The notes: generated by a model not told the origin, from the sequence alone. A stretch of 64,000 nucleotides of DNA from Allocoleopsis franciscana PCC 7113 (GCF_000317515.1 NC_019738.1:1617623-1681622); one strand, 5' to 3'; positions 49,961 to 60,631 are shown, counted from the stretch's first letter. Translations and numbers: made by a program.

Positions 49961-51391
49961 ATGGATTGGTCACCCATTCGCATTCGATGGAATTCAATCT
50001 ACCGAAAATTGTTAGTCACCTATGTGGCGCTCACAGCACTAGGAACATCCATCCTAGCCATCTATATCCTGTGGTCTTTCTACGGCTATTTTATGAAGTC
50101 CAGGCAGGCCGATTTAGATGCCTGGAGTGCGGCGCTAGGCGAGAGTATTGCTGATGCATTGGAGGAAAAAGATCTGGATCGAGCCAAACTGACGGTTCAG
50201 CGCTATGGTGCACGAGAATCTGTAACACTGCGGCTCTTTGGGGCTGATGGTCACTTGCTTTCCACGTCTGCCCCAGAGATAGATCGGCAAGTCAGCGACT
50301 GGTATGCGGTTGCGGGCGTGAAAGAAGCGCTTCAAAATAAATTCACCCACGGCGTAGCCAAAGGTATTTTATCTAATGATGACCGATTGTTCGTTGCCAA
50401 ACCGATCGTTCGCAATGGCCAAATGCTCGGTGTTTTACGCATGTCAATCACCTTAGACCAGTTCCAGCGTCAGTTTCGCAGCGTGATTTTTACCATTCTG
50501 GGAACGCTAGTGTTCACGGTTTTGCTCTGTGCAGTGATTAGCGAACGGTTGGCCCGTAACATGGCAAGGCCAATCAAGGCCATGTCTAGCTTTGCGCTCC
50601 AGATCGGTCAAGGTCATCTTGATGGAAATTTGAGCATCCACCAAGATGATGAAATTGGTCAACTTGCCACAGAGTTGAACCGAATGAGCCAACGTTTGGC
50701 ATCACTCGAAAAAGAGCGACGAGCCTTCCTGGCTAACGTGTCTCACGAACTGCGTACTCCTGTGAGTAACGTTTTGGTTACGGTGGAGGCACTGGCAAAC
50801 GGAGCGATTGAGGAACCCGAACTGCGCGATCGCTTTCTCCATACGGCTCAGGACGAGATCTCTCGCCTATCACGGCTGATTCAAGACCTCCTGGATTTAG
50901 GTCGGCTCGAAGCGGGTGTTACCCTCCTCGAAGAACAGCCCCTCCGCCTGCAAGACCTCATTGATCGCGCTGTCAGAGCGGTGGAGTCGCGAATGCGTTC
51001 CCAAAGTGTAGGCATCGACGTTGAGATTCCTAGTGTTCAGCTTTATGGCGATCCAGAACGGCTCCTGCAAGCGTTTCTCAACATCTTGGACAACGCTATT
51101 AAACACTCAATCCCGAACTCTACAGTTTTTATTGTTGGCAAGATCGAGAGTGGTCAGATTGGTGTGCAAATCCGAGATCAAGGGCCAGGGATTAGCCAGA
51201 GCGATCTGCCCCATATTTTTGAACAGTTTTACACTGTGGATCGGTCGCGTCAAGGCAGCGGAACGGGTTTGGGTTTAGCGATCGCACGGCGTATTGTGGA
51301 AGCTCATGGGGGATCGATCGTCGCTAGCAGCAAAGGTGAAGGGAAAGGGGCTATCTTTACAATTCACTTACCCATCGATAAACTTTTGTAA
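49961..51391 (+). CDS. Sensor histidine kinase (two transmembrane helices, periplasmic sensor, HAMP, HisKA, HATPase_c)
   Basis: 476 aa, with the H-box LANVSHELRTPVSNV and the N/G1/G2 boxes (ILDNAIKHS, DQGPGI, GTGLGLAIA). Confidence 0.85.
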   Translation: MDWSPIRIRWNSIYRKLLVTYVALTALGTSILAIYILWSFYGYFMKSRQADLDAWSAALGESIADALEEKDLDRAKLTVQRYGARESVTLRLFGADGHLLSTSAPEIDRQVSDWYAVAGVKEALQNKFTHGVAKGILSNDDRLFVAKPIVRNGQMLGVLRMSITLDQFQRQFRSVIFTILGTLVFTVLLCAVISERLARNMARPIKAMSSFALQIGQGHLDGNLSIHQDDEIGQLATELNRMSQRLASLEKERRAFLANVSHELRTPVSNVLVTVEALANGAIEEPELRDRFLHTAQDEISRLSRLIQDLLDLGRLEAGVTLLEEQPLRLQDLIDRAVRAVESRMRSQSVGIDVEIPSVQLYGDPERLLQAFLNILDNAIKHSIPNSTVFIVGKIESGQIGVQIRDQGPGISQSDLPHIFEQFYTVDRSRQGSGTGLGLAIARRIVEAHGGSIVASSKGEGKGAIFTIHLPIDKLL

Positions 51392-51413
51392 AAAATATTA
51401 ATAATTTATAATT

Positions 51414-52061
51414 TTGATTTTGAGGAAAAATTTGATGTCAGCCAGTTCTTGCCTCTCTCTAGCCAGAAAGCTTACAACCTTACTAGGTCTTGCCAGTCTG
51501 AGTACTTTGATCAGTTTTCCGGCTACAGCTCAAATCACCATCAATTCAGGAGAAATCAATAAGTTAGCTACCAATTCCAACCCAACCCAGCAGGTTCCCT
51601 TAAGGGCCACATCTGGCATCAACCTTCTAGCTCAAGCTGGTGTGAGAAGTATTGCTGACGAGTTAGTTACAGCTAACGATGCCTTCTCTACCCTCAGCAC
51701 GGCTATTAGAGCAGCCGGACTCACGGAAGCACTGGCTGGGAGAGGCCCGTTTACCATCTTCGCCCCTACAGACGAAGCCTTCAACGCACTGCCTCAAGGC
51801 ACTGTACCAACGCTCCTAAGACCGGAGAACAGATCCAAATTAACCCGAATTTTGACTTATCATGTCGTGCCTGGAAACATCACCACCTTTGATTTGGCTC
51901 CCGGTCGAACTTTAAGGTTGAGAACTCTGGCCGGTCAATCCTTAACAGTACGGGTTTCTGGTGCTAGCGAGGTCTTCGTCAATGGGGTAAAAGTCATCAT
52001 GGCAGATATCCCGGCTAGGAATGGCACCATTCATGGCATTGGTGCTGTGCTGATGCCGTAG
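51414..52061 (+). CDS. Fasciclin (FAS1) domain secreted protein
   Basis: 215 aa, with a signal peptide and the FAS1 motifs TIFAPTDEAF and LTYHVVPG. Confidence 0.85.
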   Translation: MILRKNLMSASSCLSLARKLTTLLGLASLSTLISFPATAQITINSGEINKLATNSNPTQQVPLRATSGINLLAQAGVRSIADELVTANDAFSTLSTAIRAAGLTEALAGRGPFTIFAPTDEAFNALPQGTVPTLLRPENRSKLTRILTYHVVPGNITTFDLAPGRTLRLRTLAGQSLTVRVSGASEVFVNGVKVIMADIPARNGTIHGIGAVLMP

Positions 52062-52204
52062 GCAGTGACAAGTGACTGTTATCAGTTACTAGTTCCAGTT
52101 TTTTCTGGCTGATCTAGGGGGAGTAAAAATCCCCCTTGAATACACCCTGATAAGTGATAACTGGTAACTAACGACGGGTCACTGATAACTGGAGATTTAA
52201 TTCC

Positions 52205-54973
52205 CTAGGGCAATTGACTTAACCAAAAGCTGACATCTACGGCTAGTTTTTCACCCAACTGGAGCAGGTGGCGGAGCTGGATCGTGTTGCAATCCGTGTT
52301 CGTCGTTAAATGAGCCACCGCACTCTCACCGTGAAGCTCGGAAGTCAACTGGACTTGCATCGCTTGTTGGAACAGGGGTTCAATGCGAGGCTGCAAACAG
52401 TTGAAGTAGAGTTCCTGACATTGAGCGAGTGAAAGTCCCAGATTGAGCTGATTCCCCACCTCAATCAAACGGCGAATAAACTCAATATCGGCGGAAAGGG
52501 TGGGCACATTGGTATCATGCAGCAGTTGCCACAGCGATCGCAAAATCAACTTCTCCAAGGTGGGTTTCCCCTCTGGGATTTTTAGCTGACAACGCATGTG
52601 GTTGGCTTCTGTTGCGATCGCTTCCAATTCAGCCAAATGACTCCATACCCTTTGGGGATCGCTCATGGCAGAGTCCAGCGCCCCGATCTCGGTCAGCGCT
52701 CGGTTCGATAAGGCAATCTCGGCAGCAACTTGTAACTCTTGCGGTACCGGCAACTCATCTCGATGGAAGGCCATCAACACCCCATAGTTGTCCCGATAAA
52801 CCTGAGTGTAGAGCTGATCTAATCGTGTTAAGGTTTCCTGACTCAACAGTCCCATAATCCGATGACGCTCTTCCGCAAACAGACTCTGCAAGCTAAAAGA
52901 CTCAGCCCCAAACATCTGATGCATTGCCAGAATGGCATGAGCCGCACTCGCCTGTTTCAGGGAGTCGAACACCTTATCCTTGAGTTTGCTGTAAGCCCGA
53001 CGCCCCGCAAACGGTTGTATGCAGCAGTGGAAATCCCAGCCCCCCAAGTGCAACACGGCAAACACCAGATGAGCGCTCTCCCAAGTAATCTCTGAAACGA
53101 GCCGCAGTTGACCCACCGCCAAAGTTAGCGATCCCATGCGTTGGATCTGGTAGTCTAGCTGCTGGGCGTCATAGCAGTAAACCCGTTGTTGTCGGGCATA
53201 ACTGGTAAACAGAGAAGTGATCGCATAGTGGGCGGCAACTTGCTTAAAGGTGATTTGGGACGAGATCACCAGATGCCGATAAACCGCTGCCCCATTTTTG
53301 AAAAAGTCAACATTACTGGGAGCGAGGGCAAGACGCTTAACAAAGCATTTTTCCAACTGCACGCCCGCCACATCTCCGGCTAATTCCAAGGCACGAGCGG
53401 CATAGCGCAGAATCTGGACACCTTCAGGACGGGAGATTTCCTCAAAAAACCAACCACAACTGGTGTACATCAGCAACGAGTGACGCTGCATTTCCAACAA
53501 GCGGAGGGCGTCAATTTGTTCGGATGCCGTCAGTTTGCGACTGCGGTGACGCCCCAGAAAGTTCTCCACATTCTCTGGGGAGCGATCGCGAATTACTTGG
53601 ATATACTCATCCCGTGCTGCCCAGGGATCGCGGAAGAATTGGTGACCCGCCTCTTCATAAACCTTCACTAACTTATCCCGTAACCAATCCAGGGCATCCC
53701 GTAAGGGACGTCGCCATTTTTGGTTCCAGACTCCACCGCCACCACAACCACAGTCATCCTGCCAGCGGTTCACGCCGTGTGAGCAACTCCAAGCCGTCAC
53801 GGGCTTCAAAACGACTTCCCAAGTCGGCGGATTAATGCTGAGATAGTGGGCAAAGTTCGTTACCGTCCAACCTCGGTTAGGAAGCTCTTGGGTAAAGGTA
53901 TAGGCGAGACATTTTTCCGTACCGCCTTTGTGATGCCCGAAGGTTTCTCCATCGGTGGCGACGGAAATAAGCTGTGCTGGTCGATGATCCCCGCGCACAG
54001 CTTGACCAACGCGCCCTGCGAAGTTATGGGCATCGCTGAGCACATCATTAAATCCCATATCTCGCGAGATCGGGCCGTCATAGAAAAAGATATCGATGTA
54101 TCGCCCATCTGCCAGGAAACAGCGGTAAGGGCGAGTGGGATCGATCTGAGAACCACCAACTTCATGCCATTGGGTAACGGGTTGGTGATCACTGGGGATC
54201 GCTCGACAGCGCTCGGCTTGAGAGGGAGCGAGGACGATAAATTGAATCCCCTCGTCCACCAGTACCTCTAGGGAGGGATAATCGACAGCGGTTTCCGCCA
54301 GCCACATGCCTTCGGGATCGCGGTTGAAGCGAGAGCGGAAATCTTCTTTGCCCCAGCGGATTTGGGTGTATTTGTCCCGTTCGTTGGCGAGGGGCAAAAT
54401 GATATGGTTGTAAGCTTGTGCGATCGCATTGCCGTGTCCATTGAGACGCTTACAACTGTTGCGATCCGCTTCCAGAATCCGCTGATAGACCTCAACATCG
54501 TAACGTTCGAGCCACGACATCAGCGTTGGGCCAATGTTGAAGCTTAAATACTCATAGTTATTGACGATCCCGATAACTTCGCCCCGCTCATTCAACACCC
54601 TGGCAAAAGCATTGGGGCGATAGCACTCGTGGTGAATTCGCTCATTCCAGTCGTGGAAAGGAGCCGCACTTGGCTGACGCTCAATGGTGTCCAGATAAGG
54701 ATTTTCACGCGGTGGTTGGTAAAAATGACCGTGGACAGTCACGTAAACACCGGTCGCCGTCCTTAGGGGATCGCTAGCGATCCCCGCGTCAACTTGCAAG
54801 TCTGCAATGGACACCATTGCATCAGCTTGAGAAGCTGGAATCTCAGCAGCAGAAGTCATGGGATTACCAAATTCTAAAAAACTAGTCAGATAGCTTTCCC
54901 GCTCTACACATCCATGTTCGAGACAGAGAACCTCCCTGATCCCGAAAGCTACAGTTGTTTTCAAAGTCAGCAA
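52205..54973 (-). CDS. Glycoside hydrolase family 57 protein (alpha-glucan branching/amylase-like) with a long C-terminal extension
   Basis: It has a GH57 N-terminus (YVTVHGHFYQPPRENPYL, with catalytic Glu/Asp regions). The ORF as given is 922 aa, but the likely true start is MTSAAEIP, about 38 codons in. Confidence 0.75.
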   Translation of the reverse strand: MLTLKTTVAFGIREVLCLEHGCVERESYLTSFLEFGNPMTSAAEIPASQADAMVSIADLQVDAGIASDPLRTATGVYVTVHGHFYQPPRENPYLDTIERQPSAAPFHDWNERIHHECYRPNAFARVLNERGEVIGIVNNYEYLSFNIGPTLMSWLERYDVEVYQRILEADRNSCKRLNGHGNAIAQAYNHIILPLANERDKYTQIRWGKEDFRSRFNRDPEGMWLAETAVDYPSLEVLVDEGIQFIVLAPSQAERCRAIPSDHQPVTQWHEVGGSQIDPTRPYRCFLADGRYIDIFFYDGPISRDMGFNDVLSDAHNFAGRVGQAVRGDHRPAQLISVATDGETFGHHKGGTEKCLAYTFTQELPNRGWTVTNFAHYLSINPPTWEVVLKPVTAWSCSHGVNRWQDDCGCGGGGVWNQKWRRPLRDALDWLRDKLVKVYEEAGHQFFRDPWAARDEYIQVIRDRSPENVENFLGRHRSRKLTASEQIDALRLLEMQRHSLLMYTSCGWFFEEISRPEGVQILRYAARALELAGDVAGVQLEKCFVKRLALAPSNVDFFKNGAAVYRHLVISSQITFKQVAAHYAITSLFTSYARQQRVYCYDAQQLDYQIQRMGSLTLAVGQLRLVSEITWESAHLVFAVLHLGGWDFHCCIQPFAGRRAYSKLKDKVFDSLKQASAAHAILAMHQMFGAESFSLQSLFAEERHRIMGLLSQETLTRLDQLYTQVYRDNYGVLMAFHRDELPVPQELQVAAEIALSNRALTEIGALDSAMSDPQRVWSHLAELEAIATEANHMRCQLKIPEGKPTLEKLILRSLWQLLHDTNVPTLSADIEFIRRLIEVGNQLNLGLSLAQCQELYFNCLQPRIEPLFQQAMQVQLTSELHGESAVAHLTTNTDCNTIQLRHLLQLGEKLAVDVSFWLSQLP

Positions 54974-55325
54974 ATTTAATTAGGGTAAGGCAAGAAGCCA
55001 AACTGTAGCGCCGATTAAAAAAGTTTAGTGTATGGGCTGGTGTGAAGGGGTGAAAGCTTTGAAATGATGGGTACTATTCTTAGTAAACCGCAATCTCAGC
55101 CTTAGACCGACAGGACTTCAAGGAACTTGCGGTAAGTTTATAGAACTTAACTAAGGATAAAAGTTCCTCTGGGCGATGGTACCCACCCAATGACATATTT
55201 GGGTTCGCGGTGAGATGCGATTATTCTAGAGTCCGAAACTGTTGTGCAGGTAACTTGCATGACTGGGACGGGCAATCCTGCCCATCCCCCAAAAAATCTC
55301 TGCTCTTAAGGTACAGAAACCCTAG

Positions 55326-56441
55326 ATGCTCAACAAGAATACAATTTTGTCGCTCTTGCTCCTGTTTGTCCCCGTCTCGATTGCCGCTCACTTTTTGGAA
55401 TGGGGAGCAGCAGTGGTTTTCATCACGTCCTGTATCGCGATTGTCCCCCTTGCCGCTTGGATGGGTACGGCTACTGAAGAAATCGCTGTAGTGGCAGGTC
55501 CCACGTTGGGGGGGCTACTCAACGCCACATTCGGCAATGCCACAGAACTGATTATTGCCCTAATTGCCCTGAATGCGGGCTTAGTCAGTGTTGTCAAAGC
55601 CACCATCACGGGATCAATCATCGGTAACTTACTGCTGGTGATGGGGTTGTCCATGCTGTTGGGGGGCTTGCGCTATAAGGAGCAAGACTTTCAGCCTATC
55701 GTAGCGCGGGTGAATGCATCCTCTATGAACCTAGCCGTAATTGCCATTCTCCTCCCCACGGCGATGGATGCCACCTCTGTTGGCTTGAGTGAAGTCACAA
55801 TCCAGCGCCTTTCTATCGCGGTTGCAGTGGTGTTAATCCTGGTTTATGGGCTAACGTTGCTGTTTTCCATGAAAACCCACAGTTATCTGTTCGATGTTGG
55901 CATGGCGGACATGGAAAACCTGGCGGAGTCGAACCTCGCCCCAGAGGAACCTAAACACAAGCCGAATCTTTGGCTATGGATTGGGGTGCTTTTGGTTGTC
56001 ACTCTTTTTGTCGCTGGAGAATCAGAACTGCTGGTTGACAGCTTAGAAGAAGCCACCTCTGAACTAGGGTTATCTGCCCTATTTACTGGAGTCATTCTGC
56101 TGCCGGTAATTGGGAATGCGGCTGAACACGCGACAGCCGTTACCGTGGCGATGAAAAATAAGATGGATCTTTCTGTTTCAGTTGCGGTAGGGTCTAGTAT
56201 GCAAATTGCCTTATTTGTCGCCCCCGTGTTAGTTCTTGCTGGGTGGTTGATGGGTAAGCCAATGGATTTAAACTTCAATACCTTTGAACTGGTGGCGGTG
56301 GTCGTTTCGGTTTTAATTGCCAATTCCATCAGTTCTGATGGGAAGTCGAACTGGTTAGAGGGGACTTTGCTTTTAGCTACTTATTTGGTTTTAGGGTTTG
56401 CCTTTTACTTCCATCCCGTGAGTGAGGGTTTGGGTTTGTAA
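55326..56441 (+). CDS. cax: Ca2+/H+ antiporter (CaCA family, ChaA/Cax)
   Basis: 371 aa, with the two alpha-repeat signatures GNATELIIALIAL and GNAAEHATAVTVA. Confidence 0.85.
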   Translation: MLNKNTILSLLLLFVPVSIAAHFLEWGAAVVFITSCIAIVPLAAWMGTATEEIAVVAGPTLGGLLNATFGNATELIIALIALNAGLVSVVKATITGSIIGNLLLVMGLSMLLGGLRYKEQDFQPIVARVNASSMNLAVIAILLPTAMDATSVGLSEVTIQRLSIAVAVVLILVYGLTLLFSMKTHSYLFDVGMADMENLAESNLAPEEPKHKPNLWLWIGVLLVVTLFVAGESELLVDSLEEATSELGLSALFTGVILLPVIGNAAEHATAVTVAMKNKMDLSVSVAVGSSMQIALFVAPVLVLAGWLMGKPMDLNFNTFELVAVVVSVLIANSISSDGKSNWLEGTLLLATYLVLGFAFYFHPVSEGLGL

Positions 56442-56498
56442 ATGCTCAGCACTCTTTAGCACTCTTTCTTCTCAGTGTTAATGATGCATCTCCCGAAA

Positions 56499-56532
56499 TC
56501 CCCCCTACCCCCCTTGAAAAAGGGGGGAACTA
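56499..56532 (+). repeat. Dispersed G/C-run hairpin element (copy D), CCCCCCTACCCCCCTT-gaaa-AAGGGGGGAACT
   Basis: See the copy at 28672..28706. Confidence 0.7.
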
Positions 56533-56708
56533 GACCAGATTGGCAGCAGGCGAGTGACTACCTCCCTTAAAGAAGGGGGACATTCTGGGGCAAACGTTTG
56601 AGCGATCGCATTCTCAGATCTCCTTTATGCTTACAGAATGTGCGATTAATAACGGTACCCCCGTAAAAAGCGATCGCCCTAACAGGAAGTACGATTCAAC
56701 AGGGTCTT

Positions 56709-58940
56709 ATGAGCTACTGCATTAATCCCAAATGCCCAAAGCCAGCCGATCCCCTTAATGCTCAAAACTCGATCTGCTGCCACTGTGGCTCTCAGCTTTG
56801 GCTACAAGAGCGTTACCGGGTAAAGCAGTTAGTGGATGAAGTCGGTTTTAGCAAAATCTATGAGGTAGAAGAGCAAGGGACATCGAAAATATTAAAAGTT
56901 CTTCTCCTCAATGACCCAAAGGCTGTAGCCGTATTTCAGCAAGAAGCGCGGGTGTTGAGCCAATTGCATCATCCAGGTATTCCCCACATTGAGCCGGATG
57001 GCTACTTTACCTTTTTACCCAAAAACCGACACCAGCCCTTACATTGCCTGGTGATGGAGAAGGTTAAAGGCATAAGTTTAGAAAAATGTCAATTCCAGCC
57101 AGAAAATCAACCTCTTTCTCAACCCCAAGTGCTGAACTGGCTCAAACAGCTCGTAGAAATCTTATATCAAGTCCACCAACAACTGTATTTTCACCGCGAC
57201 ATCCAGCCATCTAACATCATCCTCACTCCCAACGGACAACTGGTATTGATTAATTTTGGTAGTGCCAGAGCTGCTAGCGATACTTATCTGGTGACAGCGA
57301 GGGGTGAGCAGGATGTGAGGAGTATGAGTTCTCCTGGCTACACCCCCATTGAGCAAGCGAAGGGCAAAGCTGTACCGCAATCGGATTTCTTTGCATTGGG
57401 GCGAACCTTTGTTTATCTACTTACGGGTAAATCCCCCAATGATTTTCCTGAAGATCCGCGCACTGGAGAATTACTCTGGCAGCACCAAGCCCCTCAGGTT
57501 TCTAAGTCGGTGACGGACTTGATTGATTATTTAATGGCTCCGTTCCCCCACCATCGACCGCACAATGCTCAGATTATATTACAGCGCATCGCGGCGATCG
57601 ACCACACCTGGCAACCCCCTCAGCTACCTCCGCAGACGCCTGAATTTGCTAACTCTTTGCAGGGTTTACGCTTGCAATCGTGGGTACGTCACCAGCGTTC
57701 ATCCACAACACGTCTGAGAAAACTATTCACCAAATTGGTTAAGCCGAAAAATCTGTTTCTGGCTAGCGCTTTTCTCGGTACTGTGGGAGTAGCAGGAACG
57801 CTGATATATGGAGATTTAACTACTCTAAATAATCAGCATAATCAGCAATCTCTCGTATCGTCTAATCATCGGTTATTATCGGCTTCATCCTTGGCAAAGC
57901 GATCCCCAAAGTCGGTTACTGTGCCGCCTCGAACAACTTCAAACTATCCTGCCACCCTAACTCACCGGAATGACGAAGCTAAGCGCGTAGAGCGCAGTAG
58001 TGAAGTGGGACAACAGTTAGAACCGATCACCAGCATTGACACTGGGGCTTCAAATGGAATCAACACAGTTGCAGTTAGCCCGAATGGGAAGATGATTGCT
58101 AGTGGCAGTCGAGACGGCTTGCTCAAACTTTGGCATCTGGGCAAAAATAGAGCGGGTACAACTCCCACCTCTGGACGCACTTTAGGAGAAGATTTATACG
58201 GAGAAAATACGGTTGCTTTTAGCCCAGATGGTAAGACGTTAGCCAGTGGGAGCGATGACAATATTATTAGAATTTGGGATATTGGTAAGGGTAAGCTATT
58301 ACACACCCTCAAGGGACATTCGGCTTGGATATCTGACTTAGTTTTTAGTGCAGATGGCAAAACATTAATGAGTAGCAGTTTTGACCGCACTATTAAAGTT
58401 TGGGATTTGAGCCAAAAAGTCAATACTCAACCGATTGAGAAACGCACCCTTAAAGGACATACGGCTTGGGTTTTTGCTATTGCCATGACACCTGATGGGA
58501 AAACATTAGCGAGTTGTAGTTTTGACAATACAATTAAAGTCTGGAATCTGGAAAAAGGGGAAGTTCGTCATACTCTCAAAGGCAATCCCAATCGGGTGTT
58601 TGCTCTCGCGATTAGTTCAGATGGGGAAACCTTAGCGAGTGGCAATGGAGATGGGACGATTCAGGTATGGAATTTAACCACAAATCAACTGACGAAAACG
58701 TTTAATGGGCATCAAGATTGGGTGCGTGCTCTTGCCATGACGCCCGATGGCAAAATGCTTGCGAGTGGGAGTGGGAGCCAGGATAATACGATTAAACTTT
58801 GGAATTTGCGATCAGGGAAACTTCTGGGCACTCTCGAAGGGCATTCTGATGATGTTCGTTCTGTGGCGTTTAGTCCAGATAGTAGTACTTTAGTTAGTGG
58901 CAGTTTTGATAATACGATTAAGATTTGGCGAATGCCTTAA
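56709..58940 (+). CDS. Ser/Thr protein kinase with an N-terminal zinc ribbon and C-terminal WD40 repeats (about seven)
   Basis: It has a zinc ribbon (CINPKCPKPADP...CCHCGSQL), the kinase catalytic loop HRDIQPSNIIL, the DFG-equivalent NFGSA and APE-like PGYTPIEQ, then WD40 repeats (GH..WV....SPDGKTLASGS.D.TIK.W). Confidence 0.85.
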   Translation: MSYCINPKCPKPADPLNAQNSICCHCGSQLWLQERYRVKQLVDEVGFSKIYEVEEQGTSKILKVLLLNDPKAVAVFQQEARVLSQLHHPGIPHIEPDGYFTFLPKNRHQPLHCLVMEKVKGISLEKCQFQPENQPLSQPQVLNWLKQLVEILYQVHQQLYFHRDIQPSNIILTPNGQLVLINFGSARAASDTYLVTARGEQDVRSMSSPGYTPIEQAKGKAVPQSDFFALGRTFVYLLTGKSPNDFPEDPRTGELLWQHQAPQVSKSVTDLIDYLMAPFPHHRPHNAQIILQRIAAIDHTWQPPQLPPQTPEFANSLQGLRLQSWVRHQRSSTTRLRKLFTKLVKPKNLFLASAFLGTVGVAGTLIYGDLTTLNNQHNQQSLVSSNHRLLSASSLAKRSPKSVTVPPRTTSNYPATLTHRNDEAKRVERSSEVGQQLEPITSIDTGASNGINTVAVSPNGKMIASGSRDGLLKLWHLGKNRAGTTPTSGRTLGEDLYGENTVAFSPDGKTLASGSDDNIIRIWDIGKGKLLHTLKGHSAWISDLVFSADGKTLMSSSFDRTIKVWDLSQKVNTQPIEKRTLKGHTAWVFAIAMTPDGKTLASCSFDNTIKVWNLEKGEVRHTLKGNPNRVFALAISSDGETLASGNGDGTIQVWNLTTNQLTKTFNGHQDWVRALAMTPDGKMLASGSGSQDNTIKLWNLRSGKLLGTLEGHSDDVRSVAFSPDSSTLVSGSFDNTIKIWRMP

Positions 58941-59372
58941 AACGGAGATGTTGCACCCTTTTCATGGATGTCATAACCTGCCAAGAACTTTAGTTCTTGG
59001 CTCATATTTCAAGTCTACTAAAGTGGACTGAAAATAGTATACAGTCGTCTTTAGAGACAGCCTCTTATTTTCCTCCGCCTAGAGTGATGAAAGAGCGCTA
59101 CTTAGTGACTAACAGGAATATTTATCCCAAAGACTTGCCGACTCTGCCTCCTGCCCTTTTTTAGTTCGTCGAACTCACGTTATTTTATAGGCTTTAAATA
59201 ACTTAATTACGGGTCGCAAAACGATTTGTTGCTCAACTGTTACAGCGACAGATGGTCAGACAGGTCTAGAAAAAGCCAGAAGTCTTATCCCTGACTTAAT
59301 TGCTGGTTATACTGAAAGGCATGGCGTTCAGTCATCTGGTTTATCGCAGCAATGTAAAGAGAAAGCAACACC

Positions 59373-59810
59373 ATGATGTTGAGTACAGAATATACTGAGA
59401 TTCAAGCTGAAATTGAGTCTGGTTTAAAAGAAATAATGGCTTCGCAGGGTGCGCTCGTTGTGGCACTGGGAAATTGGAAAACTGGGCAGTGCATTTGCCA
59501 CGAAGGTATTGATAGTCCTCTGTTCCCCAATAGCAAAATTAGCATGGCGGTAACAGGCAACGCTAAAGTCATCCAAGCCAAGATGGAGGTTGCCAAGGCG
59601 CTCCAGTTTTCAGATAAAATTGATCAGATATTAATTGCACTCTCATCGCAGTGGCACTTAATGAATATTCTATCGGCAGAAGACTATTTTATTTATTTAG
59701 CTCTAGATCGAAAATTTTCCAACATTGCAGATGGTACGTTAAAAATAATGAAGGTTGACAGGAAACTATCGCCACTACTCAATTCATACTTGCCGCTTCC
59801 TAGTTTTTAG
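59373..59810 (+). CDS. Hypothetical protein (145 aa)
   Basis: It is an ORF with no recognised domain. Confidence 0.3.
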   Translation: MMLSTEYTEIQAEIESGLKEIMASQGALVVALGNWKTGQCICHEGIDSPLFPNSKISMAVTGNAKVIQAKMEVAKALQFSDKIDQILIALSSQWHLMNILSAEDYFIYLALDRKFSNIADGTLKIMKVDRKLSPLLNSYLPLPSF

Positions 59811-59830
59811 ACAATAAGGGAAATCTCTTT

Positions 59831-60374
59831 TCAGCGAGGAATAAAAACCCAGGAGCGATCGCCAGGAGAGTCCTCGAAAATAGCCCCGCGTCGCTTTAAG
59901 TCAAGTTTCATCTCTTCAGTCAGTCCTAAAAATACATATCCATCTCTTAAACTTACCGAGAGTTTGGCTCCAAACTCCACCGGGCTTCCGGCTTTCCCTC
60001 TCACTATTGGACGAATATGCTGTTGACTCAAACTGAGATATAGGGTTTTCTTTGATTTGTTCTACTGTTTCCCGATCGCTTATTCCCAACTTCTCTTTGA
60101 TTATTAATGAACCTAATGCCATCCGAAACGGTAGGGCGGATGCTCCTATATCTTCGGTAAAAGTTTGGGCGTATTCCTCTTCAAACTCATCCCAGGGTAT
60201 TAGATTAGCTATCCTTACCCAACGGTTGTCTTGTGATAACTTTCCCTCAAAGGGTAACTCAAACTTGGACGGTGGCGTGGGAAGTGATTCAACTTTTCGG
60301 TACATTTTCCCTGGTTGAGGTACAAGGGTTTTGCCAGATTTTACCTGATTTCCTTGGACTTGAGCAACTCTCAA
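59831..60374 (-). pseudogene. Remnant of an IS4/IS5-superfamily DDE transposase: N-terminal ~220 codons in two frames, with the C-terminal catalytic half missing
   Basis: The strings LIIKEKLGISDRETVEQIKENP and IRPIVRGKAGSPVEFGAKLSVS are typical N-terminal transposase motifs. The reading frame is broken between the 152-aa and 66-aa ORFs and is truncated at ~59831. Confidence 0.55.
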
Positions 60375-60455
60375 GACCGCTTAACCTATTGATAACTAAG
60401 GGTTTCCGCTTTTCGCAGCAAGCCCTAATTAGTAGTTCGTTGATATCCTCAAATC

Positions 60456-60489
60456 GACCCCCCCTGCCCCCTTTAGTAAGGGGGGAGTT
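60456..60489 (+). repeat. Dispersed G/C-run hairpin element (copy A)
   Basis: The sequence is gaccccccctgccccctttagtaaggggggagtt. Confidence 0.7.
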
Positions 60490-60563
60490 GGAAACAGAAG
60501 CTTTTTCAAGTTTCTTCCCCTTTAATACAATTGTGTTTAAAGCTTGGGGCCTATTCTCTGATT

Positions 60564-60597
60564 GCTCCCCCCTTAACAAGGGGGGTTGGGGGGGGTC
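60564..60597 (-). repeat. Dispersed G/C-run hairpin element (copy B), inverted relative to copy A. Together A and B look like the terminal repeats of a ~140-bp MITE-like unit.
   Basis: The reverse complement of 60564..60597 is gaccccccccaaccccccttgttaaggggggagc, which is about 85% identical to copy A. Confidence 0.65.
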
Positions 60598-60631
60598 TTC
60601 AAGTGTCGCATTCACCCGATCTAGAATGAGT

